DNA from: an archaeon
Lineage (GTDB): Archaea; Iainarchaeota; Iainarchaeia; Iainarchaeales; CSSED10-239
Length of the DNA stretch: 64,000 nt
Direction of reading: 5' to 3'
Assembly: GCA_035400625.1 (NCBI GenBank)
Contig: DAOMZT010000001.1
Location: 28,866-92,865, forward strand
Both the position numbers and the translations under genes were made by a program. Below are positions 21,669 through 31,422 of the stretch, one piece after another. A model generated the notes under the pieces. The model did no database searches, was not told the origin of the DNA, and saw only the letters and a list, made by a program, of their open reading frames with translations. Positions within the stretch are counted from its first letter, which is position 1. Each line of letters opens with the position of its first letter.

Positions 21669-22622
21669 GTGGTAAAAATGAATACAAATTCAAAGATATT
21701 AATTTTAGGAAGTGGGGGGCTATTAGGTAGTGCAATACACAGACAATTATTAAAAAAAGGATATACAAATATTTTAACCCCTAGAAGTAAAGAACTGAAT
21801 CTTTTAGAAAAAGACCAAATTGAGAACTATTTAAAATCTGAAAAACCAGAATTTATATTTATGATTGCCGGATTAGTTGGAGGGATACAAGGCAATAATA
21901 AAAGACCTGCTGATTTCTTGTATCAAAACAGTGTTATGATATTAAATGTCATAGAAGCAATTAAAAATAATTGCCCAAAAGCAAAATTATTATACCCTGG
22001 ATCCACATGTATATATCCTAAAGAAAATCCACAACCAATTAATGAAGATAGATTTATGGCTGGAAAATTAGAGGAAACAAATAAAGGATATGCTGTAGCT
22101 AAAGGCGTAGGGGTTACTGCTTGTCAATTATACAGAAAACAATATGGAATTGATGCAATATGTGTAATGCCTACTAATTTATATGGATTTAACGACAATT
22201 ACGATATAGAAAATGGACATATGCTTCCTGGATTAATTAAAAAAATACTTTTAGCAAAAAAAAACGGAGATACACAAATTATACTTTGGGGTACAGGAAC
22301 ACCCAGAAGAGAAGCACTATATAGCGAAGATTGTGCTGATGCAATAATTTATTTAATGAATAATTATTCTTCAGATCAAATGATAAATATTGGGACAGGT
22401 TTTGATTATTCTATAAAAGAAATTGCAGAAATAATAAAAAAAGAGATTGGTTGGGATGGCGAAATTAAATGGGATCTTTCAAAACCAGATGGTACTTTTG
22501 AAAAAAGAACAGACATACAAAGACTTAAAAAAATATATCCTGAATTTAATCCAATAACATTAAAAGAAGGGGTTAATAAAATAATAAATGATAAAGAACA
22601 AATAGAAAGAATACTAAAATAA
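21669..22622 (+). CDS. fcl: GDP-L-fucose synthase (GDP-4-keto-6-deoxymannose epimerase/reductase)
   Basis: ILILGSGGLLGSAI Rossmann motif. Directly follows gmd. Confidence 0.85.
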   Translation: MVKMNTNSKILILGSGGLLGSAIHRQLLKKGYTNILTPRSKELNLLEKDQIENYLKSEKPEFIFMIAGLVGGIQGNNKRPADFLYQNSVMILNVIEAIKNNCPKAKLLYPGSTCIYPKENPQPINEDRFMAGKLEETNKGYAVAKGVGVTACQLYRKQYGIDAICVMPTNLYGFNDNYDIENGHMLPGLIKKILLAKKNGDTQIILWGTGTPRREALYSEDCADAIIYLMNNYSSDQMINIGTGFDYSIKEIAEIIKKEIGWDGEIKWDLSKPDGTFEKRTDIQRLKKIYPEFNPITLKEGVNKIINDKEQIERILK

Positions 22623-22662
22623 CACTAAGTGTTACTATTAAATTTTATAAATGAGGTTATAT

Positions 22663-23643
22663 ATGAATATACTTGTTTGTGGTGGAGCTGGTTATATTGG
22701 AAGCCACACTGTTAAAGAACTTAAAAAAAGAGGTCATAATCCAATAGTTTTTGATAATTTAGAAGCAGGACACAAAGAGGCAATTTCAAATTCAAAATTA
22801 ATAATTGGAGATTTATCTGATTATCAACTACTGAAAGAAACACTAATTAATGAAAAAATAGATGCAGTTATACATTTTGCAGGATACATTGATGCTGCAG
22901 AATCTGTGTATCATCCTGAAAAATATTATGAAAATAATGTAGTTAACACTATAACTCTTCTTAATTGCATGAATCAATGTAACATAAAAAAAATAATATT
23001 CTCATCTAGTGCCGCAGTCTATGGAATACCAAAAACTAATCCGGTTACAGAAGATGCAAAACTAGAACCTATCAACAGTTACGGAGAAACCAAACTAGTT
23101 GTAGAAAGAATATTACATTTTTTTGAAGTCGCTCATAATTTTAAATATATAGCACTAAGATACTTTAATGTATCAGGAGCAGATATAGAGGGTGAAATTG
23201 GGCCAGAACGTAATCCCCCAATACAATTAATTACAAAAGTTATTAAATCAATTGTTTCAGAAAAAGAATTCTATATTTTTGGAAACGATTTTGATACAAA
23301 AGATGGGACAGGAGTAAGAGATTATATACATGTAACTGATTTAGCACAAGCACATATTCTTGCATTAGACTATCTTGAAAGAAATAACAAATCAAATATT
23401 TTTATTGTTGGAAGTGGAAATGGCTTTTCAGTTACAGAAATAATTGATATGGCTCAAAAAACAATTGGCAAAAATGCTATTATAAAAAACTCAGAAAGAA
23501 GAGCAGGAGATCCTCCTATTGTTCTTGCAGATATATCAAAAATTAAAAAAGAACTGGGATGGGAACCAAAATATTCAGATATTAAAACCATTATTTCTAA
23601 AGCATATAATTGGCACAAAATGCACCCAAATGGATATAAATGA
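22663..23643 (+). CDS. galE: UDP-glucose 4-epimerase
   Basis: ILVCGGAGYIGSH motif and the YxxxK catalytic region. Start at Met5 of the track ORF. Confidence 0.85.
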   Translation: MNILVCGGAGYIGSHTVKELKKRGHNPIVFDNLEAGHKEAISNSKLIIGDLSDYQLLKETLINEKIDAVIHFAGYIDAAESVYHPEKYYENNVVNTITLLNCMNQCNIKKIIFSSSAAVYGIPKTNPVTEDAKLEPINSYGETKLVVERILHFFEVAHNFKYIALRYFNVSGADIEGEIGPERNPPIQLITKVIKSIVSEKEFYIFGNDFDTKDGTGVRDYIHVTDLAQAHILALDYLERNNKSNIFIVGSGNGFSVTEIIDMAQKTIGKNAIIKNSERRAGDPPIVLADISKIKKELGWEPKYSDIKTIISKAYNWHKMHPNGYK

Positions 23644-23708
23644 ATATTATAGACTAGATTAAAAAAACTTGCAAAACGGTTCTTTTAATATAATTAATTA
23701 AATCATTA

Positions 23709-25151
23709 CTAAATTTTTATTGTTTCTTTTATTTGTTTTAGAGTTATTGTTTTTGTTATAAATAATGTTGATATGTAGATTATCACACCAATTGCAATAG
23801 AAATTAACACATCAAACTTGTTGTGTAATACCCCTATTGGATAAAAATAATTATAAAATATTAACCCTAATAACATAATTCCAGATGCAATCGCTGGTTT
23901 TATTAATGGGGAGAAATAATCTATTTTGATTATATCAGATCTTATTTTTTTGTAACTTAAAATAAATATAACAACTTCTGCGATTATTGTTGTGATTGCT
24001 GCACCAACAATCCCTAACCAAGGTACAAATATAAAATTTAATAAAAGATTTGTTCCGGTAGATACACCTAAAATCTTTAAAGAATATTTTTCTAAATTAT
24101 TTGTAATTAATAAATAATAATTAACTAAGCCAACAGAGTTTAATAAAAAGAAAAGCATAACTAATTGAAATGCAATTGTACCGCCAAGATATTGACTTCC
24201 AAAGACTAGAGTTATTATTTGAGGTGCAAGATAAATACAACCAATTGTTGCTGGGGCAGAAAACAAATAAATTAACAATAAATATTTATCAACTATGGAT
24301 TTTAATTTCAGTTTATTATTTGAAACATTTGAAAGAACTGGGAAAAATGTAGTGCTTAAAATACCGATAAAACTTAAAAGAAAACCCAAAAATGTATTGC
24401 TTATAGAATATAAACCAGTTGCATAATTGCCCCTTATATAAGTAATAAATATTCTATCTATATTAAAATAAATTGTCCAAAAAATGCATGTAAAAATAAA
24501 AGGAGATGCCAATATTAATTTTTGTTTAATGTATTTTTTATTTAATTTTAGATTTTTAATTTTTATAAATTTTTTAATTGCAAAAAAAGAAAAAACAAAC
24601 ACTACAACACTAGCTACTGCATTAGCTACAATTATTCCAAACAATTTATAGTTCAAGACAATTACAAGGATCACTCCTAAAGTGTATGTAACTTTTTGAA
24701 TAGCATCAGAGATTGCTTGATATTTGTTTTCTTGAAAACTAATTAAAAATGAAAGATTAAAATTACCTAATAAAAAAAAGCCCATGCCAATTGCATAAAT
24801 TATAATTAAATCTATAGTTGATGATTTTTGAAATAAAGCAAAAATAAAAACAACTAAAATAAATAACAACGAAATTATAATTCTAAATAAAAAAAGATTG
24901 TTATAATATTCTTTGGCTTTTTTTGTGTTTTTTGATATATCCCTTATAATCAAAGTATTTATCCCTAGATCGCCAATTATTGAAAAAATACTAACGAAAG
25001 AAATTATGAAGTTTAATTGACCATAGCCTTCTACTCCTAAATATCTTGGAATCAAAGTGATAGTTATGATTGAAAGAAGATAAATTATAATCTTAGAGAA
25101 AGCCATCCATTTTAGATTTTTAACAATTTTTTTCTTTTCGTGGGATTCCAT
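23709..25151 (-). CDS. polysaccharide flippase (Wzx-like, MOP superfamily)
   Basis: 480 aa with about 12-14 TM helices, typical of an O-unit/oligosaccharide flippase. Lies within the glycan cluster. Confidence 0.7.
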   Translation of the reverse strand: MESHEKKKIVKNLKWMAFSKIIIYLLSIITITLIPRYLGVEGYGQLNFIISFVSIFSIIGDLGINTLIIRDISKNTKKAKEYYNNLFLFRIIISLLFILVVFIFALFQKSSTIDLIIIYAIGMGFFLLGNFNLSFLISFQENKYQAISDAIQKVTYTLGVILVIVLNYKLFGIIVANAVASVVVFVFSFFAIKKFIKIKNLKLNKKYIKQKLILASPFIFTCIFWTIYFNIDRIFITYIRGNYATGLYSISNTFLGFLLSFIGILSTTFFPVLSNVSNNKLKLKSIVDKYLLLIYLFSAPATIGCIYLAPQIITLVFGSQYLGGTIAFQLVMLFFLLNSVGLVNYYLLITNNLEKYSLKILGVSTGTNLLLNFIFVPWLGIVGAAITTIIAEVVIFILSYKKIRSDIIKIDYFSPLIKPAIASGIMLLGLIFYNYFYPIGVLHNKFDVLISIAIGVIIYISTLFITKTITLKQIKETIKI

Positions 25152-25223
25152 GTTGATTTTCTTATTTGTTTGATATAAATATATTTTACAAATATTTATT
25201 AAGTATTTGGATTTAAGATATAT

Positions 25224-25670
25224 GTGAGCTTAATTGATTTTGTTGTAAAAAAGATAATAAAAAAAATGCCTTTGATCAATAGAATTAGTGAAGTGTTGAT
25301 ATGTTACTTAATTATTTCTATTATTGCAACAGTCTATGATTTGGCTTTGCTTTTTATATTTACTGAGTTTATTGGCATTAACTATCTTATCTCTGCAACA
25401 ATATCATACTGTATAGGTATTATTGTAGGATATATTGGACAAAAAACCATAACTTTTAAAGACAAAGACAAAAGAATTGCAAAACAGTTTGGATTGTTTG
25501 CTTTTATTTCATTAATCGGATTGTTGATCAATCTAGGAGTGTTAAAGCTTTGCGTGGATGTCATAGGCTTGCATTATATGATTGGAAAAGTTATTGCTAT
25601 AGGTGTTGGTTTTGTTTGGAACTATACAGCAAACAAGAAAATCACATTTAAAAAAAGAGAATCTAATTAA
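25224..25670 (+). CDS. GtrA-family membrane protein
   Basis: 148 aa, four TM helices, GtrA-like pattern with a C-terminal NYTANKKITF. Confidence 0.55.
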   Translation: MSLIDFVVKKIIKKMPLINRISEVLICYLIISIIATVYDLALLFIFTEFIGINYLISATISYCIGIIVGYIGQKTITFKDKDKRIAKQFGLFAFISLIGLLINLGVLKLCVDVIGLHYMIGKVIAIGVGFVWNYTANKKITFKKRESN

Positions 25671-25680
25671 GATACCACTT

Positions 25681-25743
25681 AAATCTATGTTAAGTCTACT
25701 TAACATAGATTCGAATCTGTGTTAATTACAATTAACATAGATT
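25681..25743. repeat. two tandem palindromic hairpin units (13-14 bp arms) sharing core AATCT[A/G]TGTTAA / TTAACATAGATT
   Basis: AAATCTATGTTAAG-tctac-TTAACATAGATT followed by AATCTGTGTTAATT-ac-AATTAACATAGATT, then a T-run. Sits between the gtrA 3' end and the nth promoter. Confidence 0.6.
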
Positions 25744-25773
25744 TTTTACTAAATAAAGAAAAATACATTTAAA

Positions 25774-26454
25774 TTGCAAAATAACATGAATACAGCAGAA
25801 ATCAACAAAATCTATTATGTGCTTGAGAAAGCACTTAAAAAATATCCTTTGCCTTTTGCTGAGAGTGTTTATTTAGAATATAAAAAGCCTTTTTTTGTTT
25901 TGATTGCAACTATTCTTTCAGCAAGAACATTAGACAAGACAACAGATGTTGTTTGCAAAAGGCTGTTTCTTAAAGTCAAAAGCTTTAAAGACCTAGAAAA
26001 GATATCTCAAAAAGAACTTGAAAAACTGCTATACCCAGTTGGGTTTTATAAGACTAAAGCCAAGCACTTAAAAGAATTACCTAAAGTGGTTAATGAGAAA
26101 TTTGCAGGTAAAGTGCCTGATGAGATTGAGCAATTGTTAACGCTTCCTGGAGTTGGTAGAAAAACAGCTAACCTTGTTGTTTCTGTTGCCTTTGGTAAGC
26201 CAGGAATCTGTGTGGATACACATGTACATAGAATTACTAATATCTTAGGGATAGTAAAAACAAAAAATCCACCAGAAACAGAAAAGGCCTTAAGAGAAGT
26301 TTTGCCTAAAAGGCTATGGAATAAAACAAATTATCTTTTTGTAACACTTGGGCAAAATATCTGCTTTTCTAGAAAGCCAAAATGTAGGGAATGCCCTATT
26401 GCTAAGATGTGTAGTGTTGGAAGAAGATTGAATAATTCTAAAAAGACCTTCTAA
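25774..26454 (+). CDS. nth: endonuclease III (HhH-GPD DNA glycosylase with C-terminal 4Fe-4S cluster loop)
   Basis: HhH-GPD motif LPGVGRKTANLV, catalytic K/D region, and C-x6-C-x2-C-x5-C at the C-terminus. Confidence 0.85.
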   Translation: MQNNMNTAEINKIYYVLEKALKKYPLPFAESVYLEYKKPFFVLIATILSARTLDKTTDVVCKRLFLKVKSFKDLEKISQKELEKLLYPVGFYKTKAKHLKELPKVVNEKFAGKVPDEIEQLLTLPGVGRKTANLVVSVAFGKPGICVDTHVHRITNILGIVKTKNPPETEKALREVLPKRLWNKTNYLFVTLGQNICFSRKPKCRECPIAKMCSVGRRLNNSKKTF

Positions 26455-26513
26455 GTTGGCACAATCTGTCTTGTAGTATTTACCATCAGAAGCAGGCATT
26501 TTCAGTTGTTGAC

Positions 26514-26536
26514 AATTTGTCAACAACTCAATTTCA
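26514..26536. terminator. perfect 10-bp inverted repeat GTTGTTGACAA-ttt-GTCAACAAC in convergent intergenic region
   Basis: Hairpin between the 3' ends of nth (+) and the 723-aa gene (-). Further imperfect palindromes at 26545-26575 and 26579-26600. Confidence 0.5.
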
Positions 26537-26584
26537 ATTGGTGACTGCCAATTCGCAATTTTCAAAAAAATAGAAAAAGAAAAG

Positions 26585-28756
26585 TTAGTTTAAGCTAACT
26601 TTTGTCTTATCTTCGGTTTCAAAGTTGTAGGTTACTAGCTGGTTGTCTGAGATGGTATATAGCTCATCGCCGATATACAAAGATCTTAAGATGCCACTAT
26701 ACCAGCTTTGACTGTTTTTGTGATTGATAATCTCTTTTTCAACAATATCTTTTTCTGTTAACTCAAGAACATAGAAATTCATTCCTGGCTCTCTAGTATT
26801 GTAATATTCATTTACTGGAATTACTACTAGATTGTTCTTTTCAATATATAAGAAGGCCTTGTGATCGTTTTGTATTGGTGTGTAAGAGTTATCAGTATCA
26901 ACAACATAAGTTGAGACTTCTTTTGGGTCTTTATAATCTGAGACATCAAACAAGCTTACTTTTACACCTGCTTGAGAGACACCACCCCACTTGTTGGTTT
27001 TTGTGTCTTGACCAACACCAAGTATTAAGGTATCGCTTATTGGATGCAAGTAATTGCTATAACCAGGTATCTTTAAGAAACCTAAAACCTCTGGGTGCTT
27101 TCTATCACTTAAATCTATAACAAAGAAAGGATCCATTTGTCTAAAGGTAACTAAATAGACTTTATCATCCATAAACCTTACACTATAGATTGATTCATCC
27201 TCTGCTAAGCCATCAAGCTCAGAATACTTTTCAAGAGATGAATCTAGAATTACTATTGCATTTTCGTTTTTGTAATCTTCATTTCTATATGTAATTGCAA
27301 CCCTTAGATAACCATCCTTATCTTCATCTAAAGAAAACTGGTTTAGAAGATCTCCTTGGACAAAGCCAGTTGTTATGTCTCCAAGCTTACCATCTGCCTT
27401 TAACTCTATCTTGTTGATGAAAGTCTTTTCTCTTTCTTTTTGCTTTTTTTGATAATAATTTTCTGTTGCATCTTGTATATCATCGTATAATTCTTCTTTT
27501 TTATCTTCATCTAAAGAATTATAATAGTCATTTAAGATCTCTAAAAGCTTTTCAGGGTCATCAATATTCTTTTCTATTTGGGATTTTACTGAACTTGGAT
27601 AAATTTCTTTGTAGATTTCTTTAAAGACATCTATATTGTTATTATAATAGCCATACAATCTCCAGCCCCAATATTGGTTTTCCTTATGAGCAATATACAG
27701 GTTGTTTTCGCTCATATAGATTGTGCTGGAATAATCAAGTAATAGGTCTAGAGAATCAATCACTGAATCCTTAGAATCGCTATATTTTAAAGTTGTAACT
27801 GTATACATGTTTTTATTTTCTGGCGTTCCATCCTTTGGCATTACTACAGTTCTTTCTGTGCTTGAAACTTTTCCTGCTTTTGTTTCTATTATTGGGTTGA
27901 TTATTATATCATCTAATAATATTGGATTAGCATAATAGAAACTATAGTTGTTTGTGATTAGATAGACATAGCCGTTTTTTAATCTTGATTGATAATACAT
28001 ACCATCAATTTCAATTTTACTTAACTCTTCTAGGGCGTTTTCTTTTATCTTGTAAGTTGTAACTACTGTTGTTGGTATTGATAATCTTTGAGGGTAAAGC
28101 AAAGAATTATCAAACTTTGACTCTAAGTGATATTTTGTAGTTACTAGGTATAGTAAATCTTGATCAAGCAATATAGTTTGGATTGTTTCTTCAGGGGTAT
28201 AATATAAATAATGTCTATTATCTTTTGGTTCTTTTGAAATCATCAAATCATAGATATCATTAAGTGGTGGATTAACATTGTTTATAACTATTAACTTGTG
28301 ATCTTTGCCAATAAAGATCTTATCTCCGTTTGTTTTAACAATATCTCCTTCATCAATGCCTTCTACTTGGACATTAGTTCCGGAATAGTCTTGAGAAACT
28401 CCAGTTGCAGAATCATAGCTACTCTCCATTACTACTGGAGCAGGAGCACCATCAGTCATGGCACCCCCTACTGAAAGAGACTTCAGCCCTTCATTTCTAC
28501 TAGAGCTTGTTGAGCCTTGCTGTAAAAGAAGCAACATGTCTTCTTTAGTTAAAACTAAAAAATCAGAGCCTTTAAAATAAACTGGTTGAGTCCGGGTTTT
28601 TGTATTGATTGTTGTTGGAGTGTTGGTGTTTGGGTCTTGAGTAGTGGTTGTTACTACAGGGGCTTTATTAGAATTAGTATTTGTAAGAAAAACAAAAAAT
28701 AACCCTACCAGTAATATTCCTATTATAATATATAAAATTGAGTTTTTATTTTTCAT
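26585..28756 (-). CDS. secreted/membrane-anchored beta-propeller-like protein (COG4880-like), Thr-rich linker
   Basis: N-terminal signal/TM (ILYIIIGILLVGLFFVFL), Thr/Pro-rich linker and a long repetitive beta-rich C-terminal region. Confidence 0.45.
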   Translation of the reverse strand: MKNKNSILYIIIGILLVGLFFVFLTNTNSNKAPVVTTTTQDPNTNTPTTINTKTRTQPVYFKGSDFLVLTKEDMLLLLQQGSTSSSRNEGLKSLSVGGAMTDGAPAPVVMESSYDSATGVSQDYSGTNVQVEGIDEGDIVKTNGDKIFIGKDHKLIVINNVNPPLNDIYDLMISKEPKDNRHYLYYTPEETIQTILLDQDLLYLVTTKYHLESKFDNSLLYPQRLSIPTTVVTTYKIKENALEELSKIEIDGMYYQSRLKNGYVYLITNNYSFYYANPILLDDIIINPIIETKAGKVSSTERTVVMPKDGTPENKNMYTVTTLKYSDSKDSVIDSLDLLLDYSSTIYMSENNLYIAHKENQYWGWRLYGYYNNNIDVFKEIYKEIYPSSVKSQIEKNIDDPEKLLEILNDYYNSLDEDKKEELYDDIQDATENYYQKKQKEREKTFINKIELKADGKLGDITTGFVQGDLLNQFSLDEDKDGYLRVAITYRNEDYKNENAIVILDSSLEKYSELDGLAEDESIYSVRFMDDKVYLVTFRQMDPFFVIDLSDRKHPEVLGFLKIPGYSNYLHPISDTLILGVGQDTKTNKWGGVSQAGVKVSLFDVSDYKDPKEVSTYVVDTDNSYTPIQNDHKAFLYIEKNNLVVIPVNEYYNTREPGMNFYVLELTEKDIVEKEIINHKNSQSWYSGILRSLYIGDELYTISDNQLVTYNFETEDKTKVSLN

Positions 28757-28897
28757 ATGTTTTCCACCTTTTTAAATTTTATAGATATGTAAGAAACAAA
28801 TATATTATAAATAGAAATTATTAATTAGGTTTTTACCTAAAAAAGAAATTGCTCTTTAGATTTTTATATGAGCAATCTTAATTATTAAAATAGGCAG

Positions 28898-28980
28898 AAA
28901 AGAGAAAAGAATAGAAATCTTTTTCTCTTTTTTATTTGAATATTACTATCGGCAGAAAAAAGGAAGGAAAAGTTCCTTTT
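28898..28980. terminator. two tandem hairpins, each preceded by GGCAGAAAA (12-bp stem AAAAGAGAAAAG/CTTTTCTCTTTT; 8-bp stem AAAAGGAA/TTCCTTTT)
   Basis: Located just downstream of the wHTH gene stop (minus strand) and upstream of the beta-propeller gene. Confidence 0.45.
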
Positions 28981-29037
28981 GCAGTTCTATTACCAAATTG
29001 GGGGTTTTAAAATCTATTACCATTTCTATTCTAAAAC

Positions 29038-29493
29038 TTACTTAACTACAAAATAAACCTTTCTTCCAGAGTTGACTTTCTGTAAGTGGTTTGCTTTTAC
29101 TAGGTTATTTAATCTCTGACTTGCAGCATTTGTTCCTTTATAGCCAAACATTTCTTTGATTTCTTCGGCATCAGCTTTTCCATGCTCCTTTATGTAGCTG
29201 ATAATCCGTTCGTCTGTTTCTGGCAAAAGAACAATTTCTAGGTTATTATTTGAGGTGTTTTTATTTTGTATGGAAGATTGTAACTTTTCGTACTTTTCAT
29301 TGATTTCACTTAAGATTCTGTTGGTTTCCTTTCTTTCTTCAAGTAACTTGAAGACCAGAACAGAAAGGACTAAAGGATCTTGAGTTTTTTCCTGAATTGC
29401 CATTAAGTCAGACAACCCTAACTCCTTGAATTGATTTCCTAACAATTGCTCAAGGAACATTCTTTTAGTCTTGTCTGTGTCATTATCTGTCAT
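29038..29493 (-). CDS. winged-helix DNA-binding protein (putative transcriptional regulator)
   Basis: C-terminal wHTH-like segment (RIISYIKEHGKADAEEIKEMFGYKGTNAASQRLNNLVKANHLQKV). Confidence 0.4.
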   Translation of the reverse strand: MTDNDTDKTKRMFLEQLLGNQFKELGLSDLMAIQEKTQDPLVLSVLVFKLLEERKETNRILSEINEKYEKLQSSIQNKNTSNNNLEIVLLPETDERIISYIKEHGKADAEEIKEMFGYKGTNAASQRLNNLVKANHLQKVNSGRKVYFVVK

Positions 29494-29845
29494 AGTATAT
29501 CATGATATAGTCATGACTTTAATATAAAAAGATCGCTTTCGCTTTTTTTAGAAAAAGAAGTTTTTTGGTTAGAAATCCTAACCATTGGTTGTTTTTTAGC
29601 AAAAAAAATAGGCTTTTATCAAAAATTAGGGTCTATAAGCGAATTTTGTTTCTTGCTAAGTATATTGTACAAACAACGCAAGCCGTAAGTACTCCTGAAA
29701 ACTCAAGAACATCTAAAAGCATCATAACCTATCACCATTTTCCTTTAAATTTTATATATCTGTATTAGTTTTGCAACTATCTTATTAATAAATGATTGTG
29801 TTTGATTTTTTAACTTTTAAGCACAAAAAAATAGGAAAGGAAACT

Positions 29846-30931
29846 TTAGAACACTCTGGACTCTCTTCTTGGAAATCTAAAGCCATAACTTTTGGTTTTC
29901 TCAAGTATCTTGTTAGTAATTAGATCTATTTCTTGAAGAGTCAAGCGACTTCTTATGTCTGCCTCTATTAAAACTGAAGGGTAGGTGTATTTTGGGTTAA
30001 AAGAAGATATCTCAGACACCATTTGAACAAGCTTTTCTGTGTAGTCCTTTAGAGAAAGACCAAACTCCTTGTAATAAACAAACTCCAGCCTTAGAGGATA
30101 ATCATTATCTGAAAGTTTCAAATAACAACAATAGAGATTGTCCCTTATCTCTTCAGGGAAATCAGAAAGTATTGGGTGGGACTTAGGATCCTTGGAATAT
30201 TTAAAGACACCTGTTCTTTGATTTTTAGAAAGCAGAGAAAAAACTAAAAAAGCATCAAATAACTCAAAGTCAAAATTTTGATCATTAAAGATTTCTTCTT
30301 TTAAAACTGAAAAGAAACGATTTGCCCTAGAGTCTTCAATTGCACCTGCTAAGAAAATCTTTTTCTCTCTTGCTTCTTTGTAAACAAACAAGAATCTAGA
30401 AAGCAAATACTCGTATTTCTTTTTTTGAGGACAATCCCTTGTTGGCTTGTTGATGTATTGAGGAATTATGGAGCCGTCAAACAAAAGAAGGTCGGGGACG
30501 TTGTTGCATTGTCCAAGAATTAGTGAAGAAATTTGCAGTTCTTTTTCTAAGCGAGAAATAGATGTGTTCCACATTATTTCTTCTAGTTCTAATGAAGAAC
30601 TTGAAAGATAGGGTTTTGGCAGATTATACATGTTTGGAAAATACCTATAGTCTTTTAATTCCCCGTCTTGATAATCAAAAAACACCCCGCTTTCTTTTAT
30701 GATTGTAATATTTGCAAAATTTAGTTGCTTAGACACAAACCCTGAATCAACACCTGCAACTTTTAAAGAAAAGTTTCTTTCATATGAAATGTTCTCTATC
30801 AGTTTTTCTTCAGGATTATAAGGATTAGCTACTTCAGAGATATTAAGAGATCTAAGACGAGAAATAAAGACTTGATTCTTATTATAGGTATTAAGCATCT
30901 GCTCAACAATGTTATTAATATCTTGTTCCAT
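29846..30931 (-). CDS. NurA-like (RNase H-fold) putative nuclease, 361 aa
   Basis: Ordered acidic motifs VAGVD62SGF, E115-118 and LLLFD152GSII. These resemble the NurA catalytic D-E-D arrangement and its DGS signature. Start codon is 2 nt after the RelE-like gene stop. Confidence 0.4.
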   Translation of the reverse strand: MEQDINNIVEQMLNTYNKNQVFISRLRSLNISEVANPYNPEEKLIENISYERNFSLKVAGVDSGFVSKQLNFANITIIKESGVFFDYQDGELKDYRYFPNMYNLPKPYLSSSSLELEEIMWNTSISRLEKELQISSLILGQCNNVPDLLLFDGSIIPQYINKPTRDCPQKKKYEYLLSRFLFVYKEAREKKIFLAGAIEDSRANRFFSVLKEEIFNDQNFDFELFDAFLVFSLLSKNQRTGVFKYSKDPKSHPILSDFPEEIRDNLYCCYLKLSDNDYPLRLEFVYYKEFGLSLKDYTEKLVQMVSEISSFNPKYTYPSVLIEADIRSRLTLQEIDLITNKILEKTKSYGFRFPRRESRVF

Positions 30932-30933
30932 GT

Positions 30934-31422
30934 TTACTCCAAATTTAATTCTTTCAATAACTCTTTTTCAGTAATTAATTTCTCTTTTTTTAATTTTTTT
31001 CTTATTTTCTTAACATATTCTATATCTTCTATAGTTTCATATTCATCTAGTTTTTCTTTAATAAACTTCATAAATTTCTTATCATTAGTTTCTTTCCCTG
31101 CAGTTATATAATATATTTTCAATTGAGGGGATTTTAATACATTTGTAAATTCTGAATTTGTTTCTGGGTTAAAATAAGTATATATGTATTTTCTATGCCC
31201 TACAGAAAGAATGTATATTTTATCAGATTTAAATTCATAAATAACCCTATAATTTCCTATATGTAAACTTCTACAACCGCTTAGTTCGTGTGACAGTGGT
31301 TTTCCTAGTTCTGGGTTTTCAGATAATTGCTCTAGTTTTTTAAATATTTGATCTTCGATTTTTTTGTCTAATGATTTTAATATTTTCTTTTGTTTTTCTG
31401 TAATATAAATCTCAAAGGTCAT
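30934..31422 (-). CDS. RelE/ParE-family toxin domain fused to about 70-aa C-terminal extension
   Basis: GKPLSHELSGCRSLHIGNYRVIYEFKSDKIYILSVGHRKYIY matches the RelE/ParE core with conserved R, R/K and Y positions. ATGA overlap with the upstream antitoxin gene. Confidence 0.65.
   Translation of the reverse strand: MTFEIYITEKQKKILKSLDKKIEDQIFKKLEQLSENPELGKPLSHELSGCRSLHIGNYRVIYEFKSDKIYILSVGHRKYIYTYFNPETNSEFTNVLKSPQLKIYYITAGKETNDKKFMKFIKEKLDEYETIEDIEYVKKIRKKLKKEKLITEKELLKELNLE

Noticed and set aside
29565-29768. 67-aa plus-strand ORF in the 350-nt intergenic region between the NurA-like gene and the wHTH gene
   Set aside because: No coding bias or start context. The region more likely holds the promoter of the wHTH gene and the terminator of the cassette. 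It contains the small hairpin GGTTAG-aaatc-CTAACC.
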